A stretch of DNA of 64,000 nucleotides. Origin: Octopus vulgaris (Eukaryota). Location: positions 73,284,001-73,348,000 of the forward strand of contig OX597825.1 of the NCBI GenBank assembly GCA_951406725.2. Direction: 5' to 3'. The notes beneath the pieces were generated by a model. It did no database searches. It worked only from the letters and a program-made list of their open reading frames with translations, and was not told the origin of the DNA. Position numbers and translations under genes: made by a program. Within the stretch, counting starts at the first letter, position 1, and the number at the start of each line of letters is the position of its first letter. Below, in pieces: positions 27,499 to 40,129 of this stretch.

Positions 27499-28216
27499 TA
27501 TATATATATCTATATATATATGTTATATGTTTTGCGTTTGTTGTTTAAAGGTGGGGGTTAAGTGAGTTTCCTGGGAGGGAGATATTGAGGTTGTGTGTGC
27601 TTTTACTGATATTTATTTTCTGGGGTTAGGGGAGGGGATTTGTCGGGGGAGTAGTATGGGCTGGGGGCACGTTGGATTGGGGATCATGTGTAAGTGCTGT
27701 GGGTGTGTTTTGGCCATTTATGGTGACCAGTGATTTCGCTTTTTCATTTTTTTAAAAACTAACTAACTAATTAACTGTTAGCCAGTACATAGATGGATCT
27801 TGGAATTTTTAAAACCACTTTACCAGAGATAATTTTATCCCATTGTTATCATCGTTATCATTATTAATATTATTATTATTGTTTATTTTTTTTTAATTTA
27901 AAAAAAAAAAAATCAGTTTTTCTCTTTTCGAATATGCAGGGTCTCCTTTATTTATTTATTTATTTTTTTATTTATTTATTGATAACCTTTCTTCGTCTCT
28001 ATTAGAGCTGCCTGCCATAATATTCCAATCCGAAGCAGTCTCCAGTCGTATCGTAATATCAGATCTATGGATGTCAGTGTACCATTCTTGTCTTCATTTT
28101 GTCTTTATTTCCTCAATTGAACTTCTCAAGTGAACCTGCTGATGTAGACAAATACAGATATAGTTTAGTTCCTTTTTATGTAGCATTCATATATACATAT
28201 ATATACAATATACCTA

Positions 28217-28267
<51 letters not shown>

Positions 28268-28335
28268 ACATATATATATGTATATATATAAATATACATA
28301 TATATATGTATATATATATTATATATATATATATA

Positions 28336-28397
<62 letters not shown>

Positions 28398-28423
28398 AGG
28401 TATACATAGATATATATGCAAAA

Positions 28424-28475
<52 letters not shown>

Positions 28476-28816
28476 TTATGGATATATATCTTTATGTGTA
28501 TGTATATATTTATCTTCATTCTTCTTCATTTGGTCATTCTTTTTTCTTTTGTTTCTGTAAAACTCAGCAGTTCACCGCACCTTCTCTTATCGCCATTGTT
28601 GACACCTTCAACAAGACCACCACCATCTAACTCATCCAACATTCTGTTGAATATATATGTGTGTAGAGGCGGCGGGCGGCAATGTTGAGTGAAGCTCTGA
28701 TACATAACACGTGTATCATTTGAGAGGAGATTTTATTTTAATTTCTTTAAATTTTTTTTTTTTTCAGTCAATTCCAATTTTCTATTCTTTCCTTAAATTA
28801 CTGGCACATTTGGCTA

Positions 28817-28987
28817 TCATATCTGTGTGTGGCCGGTTGCTTGCTGGGGGGAGAGCATTTTTTTCCGCCGTTGTGGAGAATATTTTCGGTGGATGGCAAA
28901 ATCTGAATGGGAGAACTGAACTTGTGAATCATTGTGTGGATTAGCAAGTTTGGATACTATTAAAGAGGGTAACACTTCGATTTGGTC
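28817..28987 (-). CDS. SK: SK/KCNN small-conductance Ca2+-activated K+ channel, terminal coding exon
   Basis: Strong acceptor (long pyrimidine tract ending TTTTCCAG). Phase 0, reads DQIEVLPSLIVSKLANPHNDSQ...TGHTQI*. It continues the upstream exon in frame and matches the SK post-coiled-coil LP-x-LI/L motif as I recall it from fly and vertebrate SK. Confidence 0.8.
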   Translation of the reverse strand, partial: DQIEVLPSLIVSKLANPHNDSQVQFSHSDFAIHRKYSPQRRKKMLSPQQATGHTQI

Positions 28988-29107
28988 CTGGAAAATTAAA
29001 AAAAGAAAGAAAAAGAAAAATTAGAATTAGTCTGGTTAAAATAGTAATTTGTTTAATGAAAAGCTTACAAAAACTCAAATATCTTACTGTTCTTTTATTC
29101 TTTTATT

Positions 29108-29703
29108 CTTTACTACCCACAAGGGGCTACACACAGAGGGGACAAACAAGGACAGACAAATGGATTAAGTCGATTATATCGACCCCAGTGTGTAACTGGT
29201 ACTTGTTTAATCGACCCCGAAAGGATGAAAGGCAAAGTCGACCTCGGCAGAATTTGAACTCAGAATATAGCGGCAGACGAAATACCTGTTTCTTTACTAC
29301 CCACAAGGGACTAAACACAGAGGGGACAAACAAGGACAGACAAACGGATCAAGTCGATTATATCGACCCCAGTGTGTAACTGGTTCTTATTTAATAGACT
29401 CCGAAAGGATGAAAGGCAAAGTTGACCTCAGCAGAATTTGAACTCAGAACGTAGCGGCAGACGGAATGCCTATTTCTTTACTACTCACAAGGGGCTAAAC
29501 ACAGAGAGGGGACAAACAAGGACAGACAAACGGATTAAATCAATTACATCGACCCCAGTGTGTAAATGGTACTTATTTAATCGACTCCGAAAGGATGAAA
29601 GGCAAAGTCGACCTCAGTGGAATTTGAACTCAGAATATAGCGGCAGACAAAATACTGCTAAGCATTTCGCCCGGTGTGCTAACGATTCTGCCAGCTCGCC
29701 ACC
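29108..29703 (-). mobile_element. Family B (Meta) SINE with tandemly triplicated body
   Basis: Three units of about 183 bp. Only the rightmost keeps the tRNA-like head GGCGAGCTGGCAGAATCGTTAGC. Confidence 0.85.
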
Positions 29704-30147
29704 TTTATTCTTTTATTCTTTTACTCTTTTACTTGTTTCAGTCATTTCACTGCAGCCAGTTCGAACCCAGGATTTACTTTCTAAGCCTAGTACTTATTCT
29801 ATCGGTCTATTTGCTGAACTGCTAAGTTACAGGAATGTAAACACAGCAACACTGGTTTGAATATGCCCCAAAGATATTTGAACTGGTAATAATAACCTTG
29901 TATTTCTCCTATCACACTTTCATGGACCACTCCATCTACATAAGCCATTCTTGATTTAACTCTCTGTCCCTATTCTTCCCCTACCTTTAGAGTACACCCT
30001 GATACCTCATCTCCATCATTCTTTCTCCCTTTCCTACTTCGTGGAGGCAAAATCTGAATGGGAGAATTGAACTTAGGGTGTTGGACTCATGACTGTAAGA
30101 CTGTGGTTTTGATTCTTGGATTGGGTGATGCATTGTGTTCTTGCGCA

Positions 30148-30311
30148 AGGCATAGAAGTGGCTGTGTGGTAAATAGCTTGCTTATGACCCACATGGTTCT
30201 GGGTTCAGTCCCACTGTGTGGCACCTTGGGCAAGTGTCTTCTACTATAGCCTCGGGCTGACCAAAGCCTTGTGAGTGGATTTGGTAGATAGAAACTGAAA
30301 GAAGCCTGTTG

Positions 30312-30366
<55 letters not shown>

Positions 30367-30571
30367 ATGTTTGTGTGTCTGTGTTTGTCCCCGCAACATT
30401 ACTTGACAACTGCTGGTGTGTTTACGTCCCTGTAACTTAGCGGTTCGGCAAAAGAGACTGATAGAATAAGTACTAGGCTTACAAAGAATAAGTCCTGGGG
30501 TAGATTTGCTTGACTAAAGGCTGTGCTCCAGCATGGCCACAGTCAAATGACTGAAACAAGTAAAATAGTAA
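30148..30571 (+). mobile_element. SINE family A, full length, following another SINE head (30041-30147)
   Basis: Complete head, body and tail. Confidence 0.9.
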
Positions 30572-31303
30572 ACATTTCACTTCATGTTGCTTCAGTCCAC
30601 TCAGATGGCAAAAATGAGTAAAATCCTGTGATGGACTGGTGTCTCATCCAGTTTGAGAATTTATACGCCATTGAAAATGGGAAGCTAGCCCTTTTCAGTT
30701 GGCATAACTTGAGAAGGTAACCTTTACCTATCCTACTGTGGTAGCCATGTCTCTCGTCAACAGCAAGTCACCTGTTCTTGTCTTTCTATCATACTTTAGC
30801 ATCTCAACACATGGTACAAAAACATCTCCATTGATACTGCAACCCCACTCTGTCAAGGGGTCCAGTCTTGTGAGTTATTTGGTAATCTTACTAGTGCTGG
30901 TGCCACAAAAAAGCACTCAGTACACTCTGAAAAGTGTTTGGCATTTGGAAGAACATCAGCTGTAGAAATCTTGCCAAAAGAGACATAATACTGACAATGC
31001 TGTCAAGCATTTGGCAGAAAGGCTTTGTATCCATCTGCCAGTCTTGAAAATGATGTAAATGTAGAAATATATGGTGCTGTAGCATAATCTATAACAAATC
31101 AAAGCAATATACCTTCTCATACACACTGTCAATTTATCAATACGCTTCTCTTACAAAGTGTACTTCAACCATCCCACTTTTGTCATTGACCGCAAAGAAT
31201 ATGTACCAATGAGGAGTTTGGCTAAAGCTCCCTTCCATCTTATCTCTTGCACAGAGCATACATTCATTTATCTATAACATCATACCACACACATAAAACA
31301 ATT

Positions 31304-31344
<41 letters not shown>

Positions 31345-31941
31345 AATGTTCTTATATTTATTAGAAGCTAAAAACATCACAATCATTAATTCAAATTTTG
31401 TGTTTCCAATCTTCAAACAATAGTATAGGGTAGAACAAAGATGGCAAGTACATATTATAAACATACATAGGAAAATTACACAGGAACATCTTTAATAATA
31501 AAAAAAAATAATTGCTTGAAAAAAAATTTCAGAAAAATTTTGTCAAGAAAAATGCAGAAAATATTTGAATAAAAAATCGGGGTTTTGCATTAGTAGTTAT
31601 GAATATAGGGTTATATAAAGCAGGAGTGCTTTATAATAAAAGAATATAGAAAATTAATACAAAAAGGAATTTTGAAAAAGGTTTTCATGAAAAGAACTTC
31701 TATAACAAGATTTTTCCAAGGGGGAATATAAAAAAAACGAAAGCTTCATACTATGATTATATAAGTAAAATAATCGATAAACTATACATGGAGAATAGAG
31801 AGAAAATTCTAGAAAAAAATCCTAGCAAAAAATGGAAAAGACTTTCATGAGATGCTCTAAGTATGGGTAACTGCTTCTGCATCAGTGACTTTTTTGGACA
31901 TATAGCTGTGCATAGTTGCACATTCATAAATATAAATGTGC

Positions 31942-32460
<519 letters not shown>

Positions 32461-32958
32461 TGTATACAAACATGCACACAGACACAAATACATACGTATG
32501 CATGCATGCTTACATTTACAGGTAAAAGCAAACCCTGTGCATTTACATACATGCAATTTTTCATGCACTCACACATTCACATGCATGCATTTTCCCACAT
32601 GTTCACACATACACACCTATGTACACACACATGTACACTCATGCATGCATGCTTGAATACCCACTTGGAAGCATGTTCTGATATACACCCTCATGCATCG
32701 ATTTCCTTATAAGCCAGTTCTCTACTGGGAACCCACACATAGGACATGAATGAGAACAGTAAGAAAATAGAACACACCATATATATATTCTTTTACTCTT
32801 TTATTTGTTTCAGCCATATGACTGTGGCAATGCTGGAGCACCACCTTTTAGCTGAAGAAATCCTCCCCTGAACTTATTCTTTGTAAGCCTGGTACGTATT
32901 CTATCAGTCTTCTGCCAAACTGCTAGGTTACAGGCATTTACATACACACACACACACA

Positions 32959-33008
<50 letters not shown>

Positions 33009-33118
33009 GTCAAAAGAAAATGGAATTTAATTAAAATTAAAACATTCAATCAAAATTTACATTTCCAGTGGTTTAACATGCAAAAAAATTAGTCAAGAAG
33101 ACTATATATTAGTCATAC

Positions 33119-33220
33119 GATATAGTGTATATTTAAACAGATAAGGAATCCTACTTTTCTTTCTAGCGTGCTGAATTCCCTATAAGTGGATACCTTATGT
33201 GTTTAAATATACACTATATC
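33119..33220. repeat. Inverted repeat (hairpin), arms about 33 bp
   Basis: GATATAGTGTATATTTAAACAGATAAGGAATCC pairs with GGATACCTTATGTGTTTAAATATACACTATATC. Confidence 0.85.
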
Positions 33221-33515
33221 ATATATATATATATATATATTCAATAAAGGGTGAAATATAATTAATTTAATAAAATTAATCAATTTCACCTAGTAGATTT
33301 GTCGGTATGGAAAAGACCACATTTGGTAAGGGTTAATCCAGAGGCTGGGTTTTCATTATTTTCTGCCTTTTTTTGCCATATACAGCTTACAAATTCTGTT
33401 TGTTTGTGGAGACTTTTTACTAGTAGAGGAAATACTGACCAATTTTGGCTGCTATTTCTAATATTTTCGGTATGTGGTTTTGAGTAACTTGTTGCTTTTA
33501 ACCCTTTATTATAAT

Positions 33516-33550
<35 letters not shown>

Positions 33551-33551
<1 letters not shown>

Positions 33552-33968
33552 TCTTTTTACTCTTTTACTTGTTTCAGTCATTTGACTGCGGCCATGCTGG
33601 AGCACCGCCTTTAGTCGACCAAATCAACCCCGGGACTTATTCTTTGTAAGCCCAGTACTTATTCTATCGGTCTCTTTTGCCGAACCGCTAAGTGACGGGG
33701 ACGTAAACACACCAGCATCGGTTGTCAAGCAATGCTAGGGGGACAAACACAGACACACAAACACACACACACATACATACATATATATATATATGCATAT
33801 ATACGACAGGCTTCTTTCAGTTTCCGTCTACCAAATCCACTCACAAGGCATTGGTCAGCCCGGGGCTATAGCAGAAGAAAGACACTTGCCCAAGATGCCA
33901 CGCCGTGGGACTGAACCCGGAACCATGTGGTTGGTTAGCAAGTTACTTACCACACAGCCACTCATGCG

Positions 33969-33970
<2 letters not shown>
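33551..33970 (-). mobile_element. SINE family A, full length, CpG-rich (young-looking)
   Basis: Reverse complement of the family, inserted in (TA)n. Confidence 0.9.
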
Positions 33971-34010
<40 letters not shown>

Positions 34011-34094
34011 ATGTATATTCTTTTATTCTTTTATTAATTTCAATTATTTGAATGTGGCCATGTTGGAACAATGCTTTTAGTTGAATGCAATTTT

Positions 34095-35495
34095 AGAGGA
34101 ATGCAAGTGCTACCACCAGAAAAGGAAGGAAAGAGCACGGGCACAAACATAAAGAAAGAAGGGGAGGAAAAGGAAACAATGATATAACTAAGCCACCAAA
34201 CAAAAAGCAGAAAACTCAAGTATGGAGGCTTCAATGGAATACAAAACCCTAGAGGAGAGAAGAAATTTGGAGTGAAGTCAAGGACATGCAAATTTTACCT
34301 GCAAGGCAAATGTTGGCATGGGGAAGACGGTGCAAACTGCCACTTCGTTCACTCAAGACCCTGCCAAAACTACAAGGGCCTTAAGGAGAAATACTTCCTT
34401 GAGGAAAGGCACCAATCATCACCAAAGAAAAAATACACAAATGCAGTGCAATCTTCAGATGTTATGCACAAGACAGCGGCTAGGCAAGAGTCTTTTTTGT
34501 GCATGGCACAAAAGATTGTGCAGCAGCTGACCTGGCTACATCAAGCGCAAACAAGGAACCTCGCCCACCACTGTGCAAGACCACCACAATCAACAGACAT
34601 GGGTGGCTATTTGCCCTCAGCTCCAGATAGTCACCCTTGCTAACAATGCAGAAGATACAAAAGTCATGCAAAGAATACAGAACCCTAACGATGTTGCACA
34701 CCTGCAGTAGGAATTAGACTCAATTTACAGATGGGCTGAGGACAATAATATACAGTTTAATGCTGAAAAATTCCAAGCCCTGCGCTACCAGTGTCCAAAA
34801 CTGAACATAAAACTTACAGGGCACACTGGTGCAGAGAGGATTACAATCCCAGAGCCTAAATCAGTGCGGGATCTAAGTATCGACATGAGTGATGATACCC
34901 CTTTCCAAGTGCACATTACCAGAATAGTGACAAAGTGCAAAAGATTGGCTGGATGGATCCTGAGAACGTTCAGAACCAGCGATAAGGAAACCATGATGGC
35001 CCTCTGGAGAACATTAGTCCTCAGCTGCCTGGATTACTGCTCCCAGCTATGGTCACCCAACAGTGTAAAATTAATAGTGAACCTTGAAGCAATCCAGTGA
35101 AACTTCACAAAGAAGACCATCTTATTGCAACAGCTCAGATACTGGGGAAGGCTAAAACAGCTAAGACTGTACTCCCTGGATTGAAGGCAGGAGAGGTATG
35201 CAGTAATATACATCTGGAAGGAATTGTGCCAAATTTTGACATTGAAAGCTACTCAAATACCGAATTGGGTCAACACTGCACAGTGCCAAAGATCCCAGCA
35301 ATGCCATCGCACTTCAGGACCAATTGCTGCAACAGTATTTTAATATTCTTCCAAAGAGCCTGAGGGACCTACACAAAGTGGATATAGGTGTTTTCAAATC
35401 AAAACTGGACGTCTTCCTGTGAAGAGAACCTACCTCATGGCAACAGGTGCAAATGAGGGTAGCAACATCAAACTCCCTTATTTACCAAATTCCAC
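34095..35495 (+). mobile_element. Decayed CR1-like LINE: CCCH zinc-finger fragment joined to the RT C-terminus
   Basis: CKFYLQGKCWHGEDGANCHFVH at about 34287-34352. WAEDNNIQFNAEKF...RDLSIDMSDD...GWILRTF...LDYCSQLWSP...LEAIQ* at about 34730-35100, with stops and frameshifts. Confidence 0.85.
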
Positions 35496-35526
35496 TTAAT
35501 AGAGGAGGCTCTCAATAATAACAGTG

Positions 35527-35607
<81 letters not shown>

Positions 35608-35614
35608 CTCAACT

Positions 35615-35864
35615 CTGGGCAGTTAGTCATCTCACTGGTGAACGCATAACCTAGGGTTGTCTTTATGGAAGACCAGCAGTCGCCCATGCATACCGGCCTC
35701 TCCTCTCCATGCTACCGAGTTTCTCCATGGGAAGACAAAGGCCAATACAGCTTGGCACCAGTGGTTAGAGTGTCGAGCTTACAATCATGAAATTGTGAGT
35801 TCAATTCCTGGACTGGGTTGCGTGTTCTTGAGCAAGACCCTTTTTTTCACATTGCTCCAGTTCA

Positions 35865-35866
<2 letters not shown>
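35615..35866. mobile_element. Two fused SINE fragments, including a tRNA-like head at 35761-35866 (+)
   Basis: GTGGTTAGAGTGTC...GAGTTCAATTCCTGG...TTCTTGAGCAAGAC. Confidence 0.6.
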
Positions 35867-35930
<64 letters not shown>

Positions 35931-35937
35931 TATAATA

Positions 35938-35972
<35 letters not shown>

Positions 35973-36097
35973 TATATGTAGCTATATGTAAATATATGAA
36001 TGTGTATACATATATTTGTATATATACATACATGTTTGTATGTATATATGTATATACAGACATGCATATACAAACACACCTACAGTGAAGAGTGCTT

Positions 36098-36133
<36 letters not shown>

Positions 36134-36589
36134 TTAAGTTAGACAAATCTATTTTGTGATTATATGTCTGCTGAGTATGTGTGTGTGTGTGTGTGTGTAT
36201 GCATGTGTGTATGTTTGTGTTGACATATGTTGCTATATGTTTGTCTACATGTATATATAAGCGTATATCATACGTATGCATATACGCACATATTTAAATG
36301 CACACATACACACGTACATTTATCTATTTATGTATGCATTTATTACAAGATCTAATGCGAAACACACCCACACAAAAGACTCATTGAAATATATGGTTAT
36401 GGGTAAGTAATTGCTTAAGAATATGCAGACATCAGACATCTGATATATGTTTGATGTCCTTAGATCTGTGAGAAAGACAAAAAAATGCACTCAAAATGAA
36501 ATACAAAAGGCATTTAGTGACAACACACTTCAAATTAATGCCATATCAATATTTACACTTGTGTAATGTGTAACTGATGATCTATATGT

Positions 36590-36621
<32 letters not shown>

Positions 36622-36627
36622 GTATAA

Positions 36628-36682
<55 letters not shown>

Positions 36683-36689
<7 letters not shown>

Positions 36690-37009
36690 TTAGAGATAAA
36701 ACCACTATTAGGCAAATCAAACAGTGAAAAACATAAACCAAAACATAGGAATAAAATTAATATAATACACAAAAAAATATATAAAATATAAAATTCAAAA
36801 TTTAAATTATTTAAATTTAGAATTTTATATTTTATATATATTTTGCATTTTATATTAATTAATTTTATTTCTATGTTTTGGTTTATGTTTTTCACTGTTT
36901 GATTTGCCTTATAGTGATTTTATCTCTAATTTAATATATATATATTTATACTGTAAAATTAGATTTAATCATAAAACTAATTTTTCCATGTAAGTTTGGA
37001 TTTACTCCC

Positions 37010-37017
<8 letters not shown>
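36683..37017. mobile_element. Near-perfect palindrome of about 254 bp (36683-36936) plus a terminal segment, homologous to the Penelope pLTR end at 43678-43800
   Basis: The arms are reverse complements with an almost loopless centre. The reverse complement of 36946-37017 matches 43678-43748. Confidence 0.8.
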
Positions 37018-37067
<50 letters not shown>

Positions 37068-37069
37068 TA

Positions 37070-37099
<30 letters not shown>

Positions 37100-37100
<1 letters not shown>

Positions 37101-37475
37101 CTTCCTCATGTTCCTTTCTATCAAAGAGCATAGACTTTCTCGCCTTCCTGACCATTAAACTAATACACCTGTTTGTTGTTTATACACCTGTCTTTGTCTT
37201 TCATTTTTCTGTAAATTTCAACTATATTTATATATATATATATATATAATAGAAAAGTATATCTATGTCTATATATAGTTGGAATTTACAAAAAAACAAA
37301 AAAAAAAACAAAAGACGAAGACAGGTGTGTAAACAACAAACAGCTGTATTAGTTTAATGCTTGGGAAGTGAGAAAGTCTTTTACGTTTCGAGCCTATGCT
37401 CTTCGACAGAAAGGAACACAGAAATAAACAGGGAGAGGAAATAGAAAAAGGTTTAGTGGCTAGTGATCAATCATG
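37100..37475. mobile_element. Tail-to-tail inverted pair of pLTR-like repeats; variant hammerhead-like motif at 37378-37413 (-)
   Basis: 37100-37230 (+) versus 37270-37475 (-). Minus strand reads cttt-CTGTCGA-A-GAGC-atag-GCTC-GAAAC-GTA-aaag. Confidence 0.7.
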
Positions 37476-37687
37476 TCTATATATATATGTTTATACACAC
37501 ACACATACATATACACACACACACATACATATGCGCGCAGACACACACACACACACACACTCTTATATGTATGTATATACATATATATTTATAATATATG
37601 TATAGCTACTATTAACTGCAGGCCAGGACAGACAGAGAGGACGTTCTTGAAGTGGAGAACTTGAACTTATGGAGGCAATATTTACAT

Positions 37688-37793
37688 ATCACCTGAAGAA
37701 ACACAACTAGATCTCACAATGCAGAGAAATGGTTGCATAATCAAGTAGCTGCACACCTGGAGAACAATGTTGCATGGAAACAGTTGTAGTGAT
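37688..37793 (+). ncRNA. Type I hammerhead motif with long, degenerate stem II
   Basis: atcac-CTGAAGA...GAAAC-agtt-GTA-gtgat with a perfect 5-bp stem I, followed by AATAAA. Confidence 0.6.
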
Positions 37794-38296
37794 TGAAAAT
37801 AAATGTCCAACCGTATAATTATAAGTACTCTAATATTGAAAGGTATAATGAGTGCTCAACACTGCATTCATGGATAAATATTCTTTATTTGTAGATTAAA
37901 AAGTCTACCATTTGTTTCATGCTGAGAGAAATCTCTTAACAGTTATCAAGCTTGCCACATGGAACGTTGGTACTTGTCTCCATCTTGGATGAGAATACAT
38001 GAAGTTACTCGAAACAGTAAAGAATTTTGGGATTAATAGATAACTATACAGATCAGGGCAGGTAATTTATAAGACAATCTTAGTTGTCTCCCTTGCATTA
38101 ACCCTGGAGTCTTTGTAAGGTGTTGCCATGAATTGACTAATTCCTTAATACTTCCATGTGAAAACTTTCATGCACGTTCAAGTTTAGGAATATAAATATA
38201 AGTACACATGCATGCGCATGTACACACACATACCAAACACACATGTATACATATACAGGCACACGTGTATATGTATATATGAATATACACACATAA

Positions 38297-38642
38297 ACCT
38301 GACTGGCTTCCGTGCCGGTGGCACGTAAAAAGCACCATCCGACCGTGGCCGTTTGCCAGCCTCGTCTGGCACCTGTGCCGGTGGCACGTAAAAAGCACCA
38401 TCCAACCGTGGCCGTTTGCCAGCCTCGTCTGGCACCTGTGCCGGTGGCACGTAAAAAGCACCCACTACACTCATGGAGTGGTTGGCGTTAGGAAGGGCGT
38501 CCATCCGTAGAAACATTGCCAGATCAGACTGGGCCTGGTGCAGCCTTCTGGCTTCCCAGACCCCAGTTGCACCGTCCAACCCATGCCAGCATGGAAAGCG
38601 GACGCTAAACGATGATCATGATGATGATGATGATGATGATGA
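38297..38642 (+). mobile_element. Family C retroposon copy
   Basis: Near-identical to 3845-4232, with three GTGCCGGTGGCAC units. Confidence 0.85.
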
Positions 38643-39119
38643 AACATATATCTGCATTATTTGTATTTGTTCATGTTTGAGTATGTACCCATAACTGTGG
38701 AGTTTCACATTTTTTGATGCCAAACTTGATCCCTGAAGTTGTGAAGCCATGGGGTTGTGGATTCAAAAGTTTGCCTATATTCTCACATAAAATGATTAAG
38801 GAATTAATCCAATTTTGGTGAACGTAAATCCTAACTCAAATCACCTTAATGAATTCCTGGTGAATGCAACTCCTTACTTCCACGGTTAATGCAAGGCTTC
38901 CAACAATTAGGGTTTCCTTATAAGTTACCTCCCATGGTCTGTATACCTATTTATTTGAAAATTCCGTACAGTCTTGTGTAGCTTTGTGTATTCTCATCCA
39001 AGATGGCAACAAGTACCAACATTCAATGTGGCAGATTTGATAATTGTCAAGAGATTCCCCTCAGCATGAGACCAATGGTAGCCTTGTTAACCCACAAATA
39101 ATATATATATATATATATA

Positions 39120-39175
<56 letters not shown>

Positions 39176-39403
39176 TGTGTAACTGTATATATATATATAT
39201 GTACATGTATATATATTTGTATATATGTATACATACATATACACATTTATATATATATACATACAACATATATTTGTGCATATGTATATTATATATAATA
39301 CATATGTATAATCCTACATCTACATGCACACACATGTGTATGTGTGTGGCGTGTATATACACTGTTGTCCATATACAACTATCTCTGTATGTATACACAC
39401 ACA

Positions 39404-39456
<53 letters not shown>

Positions 39457-39508
39457 ATATATATATATGTGTGTATATATATATATATATATGTGTGTGT
39501 TGTGTATA

Positions 39509-39541
<33 letters not shown>

Positions 39542-39610
39542 ATATATATATGTGTGTGGATATATATATATATATGTGTATGTGTATATGTATATATATA
39601 TATGTATATA

Positions 39611-39688
<78 letters not shown>

Positions 39689-40129
39689 GATATATATGTA
39701 TATTATAAACAGTGATCAAACCACAATGATCAAATGATCAAAGGAAGTGATATCAATAATACAACATAATGAACATAACAAGCAGCGTACATACATTAAA
39801 ACCGGCAATGAAAAGCCTCGTGTGTGACTGCTCATTTGCGTTGATTGTTGCCTGGTTTCTTTTGGATGTTTTTTGAATAAATAATTTATTTTCTTATGTA
39901 ATGAATTCCATTTAGAAGCGAGTTACAATATTCCATTTAGAGCAAACAAAACTGGGAGCGCAACATTGACCTTGCGTTGTATAGCAATAGGGAACGTCTG
40001 ATATGGTTTTGTATGACATGAAAGTATAACGATACCAAACCCCCGAGAGACCTTCCTATCTTTGTCTCTCATGAGGCTGAGAGCTTCTTCATTTTGAAAT
40101 TTATTTTTTGTTTCTTATCTTTCTGTTTA

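Noticed and set aside
27990-28645. Exon-like minus-strand segments (MLDELDGGGLVEG..., [13 protein letters not shown])
   Set aside because: They lie just downstream of the SK stop and show no recognisable homology. Most simply 3' UTR.
39790-39930. Minus-strand open frame ending at a GTATGT donor
   Set aside because: No pyrimidine-rich acceptor and no SK similarity.
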